Source of the DNA: Octopus sinensis
Taxonomy: Eukaryota
Reading direction: 5' to 3'
Length of the DNA: 64,000 nucleotides
NCBI RefSeq assembly: GCF_006345805.1
Contig: NC_042997.1
Coordinates: 114,638,001-114,702,000, forward strand
Shown: in pieces, positions 63,093-64,000 of the stretch
Numbering within the stretch: position 1 is the stretch's first letter
Layout: each line of letters begins with the position of its first letter
Program-made: the position numbers and the translations under genes
Notes under the pieces: model-generated
The model's database searches: none
Told to the model about the DNA's origin: nothing
What the model saw: only the letters and a program-made list of their open reading frames with translations

Positions 63093-63625
63093 AATGAGTC
63101 TGCAAGTAGACATAACAAGCATTTTTGCCCCTGTACGCCTTTTACATAATTCACTCACTTAATTAGAAGCAGATAGACCAGATTTCTGGTTCTTCTTCAC
63201 TGCCCACGTTTTTCTTATAGAAATCAGACCCTGCAACTACTCCAGCTGTATATCAGCTGCATAAATCTCACCAGTTTGGGAGGGACTACAAAGGTCATTG
63301 ACACTGCCACCCTACCTTTAACTGACTTATATATGATACACTATGTAATACTTCAATAATAGACCGAGAGAAGTGTTGCCAATATTGGAACAGGTGGCTG
63401 TATGGGGCATTGCAAAAGGTTAGGAAATGTTCAATCTTGAAATACTTATTGGCTCTAGAAAAAAAGAACAATTTTTCAAAACAGATTTTGTGGGTAAATT
63501 CAGTAGAGATCACATTTTGTCAGAATAAACATTAGAAAAACAGAAAGGCTTTTAGCTGTGTTTTTTCATGAGTGCTGAGAACTTGTAAATGATTTGACTT
63601 TGGTATGAGAGAGAAAAAGAGAGAA

Positions 63626-63662
<37 letters not shown>

Positions 63663-63682
63663 AAGAGAGAGAGATATGATAC

Positions 63683-64000
63683 CTTGTTTATCAGAATGTT
63701 GCTCTCTTTTCTGTTGTTGTAATTGTGCTGTATGTGAACGGAGACATCGTGTAATTCTTTGTGTGGTCTTTTCTTCTTTCTCTTCCTTATTATCTTCTTT
63801 GTCTTTTAATTTTATTAATTCATCTTTCTCTTTCACAACAAGAGAATCAGTATCTCGTGGTGTAGCATGTGTTTGACTAGTTTTCTCAGAGTTACTGGTG
63901 GTGGTGGATGAAGTTGCACTAGATGTGGTGGTAACTGTCACTGAGGCAGAGTTAGTAGGTAGTTTGTTGCTTCCATGGAAATTTGACTTAATATCTATAT
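63683..64000 (-). CDS. ANKRD11/12: 3' part of a large low-complexity ANKRD11/12 exon, running off the window
   Basis: Frame open to the window edge (IDIKSNFHG...TTSSATSS...QRITRCLRSH...SDKQ); gtatca donor at 63682, phase 1 matches the next exon. Confidence 0.88.

Noticed and set aside
52821-63682. Additional ANKRD11/12 exons in the 10.9-kb intron
   Set aside because: Flanking exons already join in phase; no convincing exon seen, though small alternative exons cannot be excluded

Overview
AT-rich, microsatellite- and transposon-dense eukaryotic DNA; the repeat families look like those of an octopod cephalopod (Octopus-like, inferred, not searched). Two spliced genes can be rebuilt by hand with consistent GT-AG sites and phases. 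(1) + strand, 208-6895: the last four exons of a probably secreted protein ending in a transcobalamin/intrinsic-factor beta-type (DUF4430-like) domain. (2) - strand, >64000-35223: the last seven exons of an ANKRD11/ANKRD12 homolog, followed by a long TE-poor putative 3' UTR. Between them are a disabled orphan exon of Polycomb EED/esc (12759-13176), ambiguous exon-like remnants (26.3-29.7 kb) and many TEs: mariner, maT DD37D, CR1, RTE, R4/Dong, a solo LTR, TTAA MITEs and tRNA-derived SINEs. The most unusual signal is a short retroelement family present at three loci (2.4, 10.4, 27.2 kb). It combines a tRNA-like Pol III head, a microsatellite linker and a minimal Penelope-type hammerhead ribozyme motif, and two of the insertions have inverted 3' arms and 12-15 bp target duplications. 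Most ORFs in the supplied track are microsatellite or TE artefacts. No CRISPR, rRNA or true tRNA genes were found.
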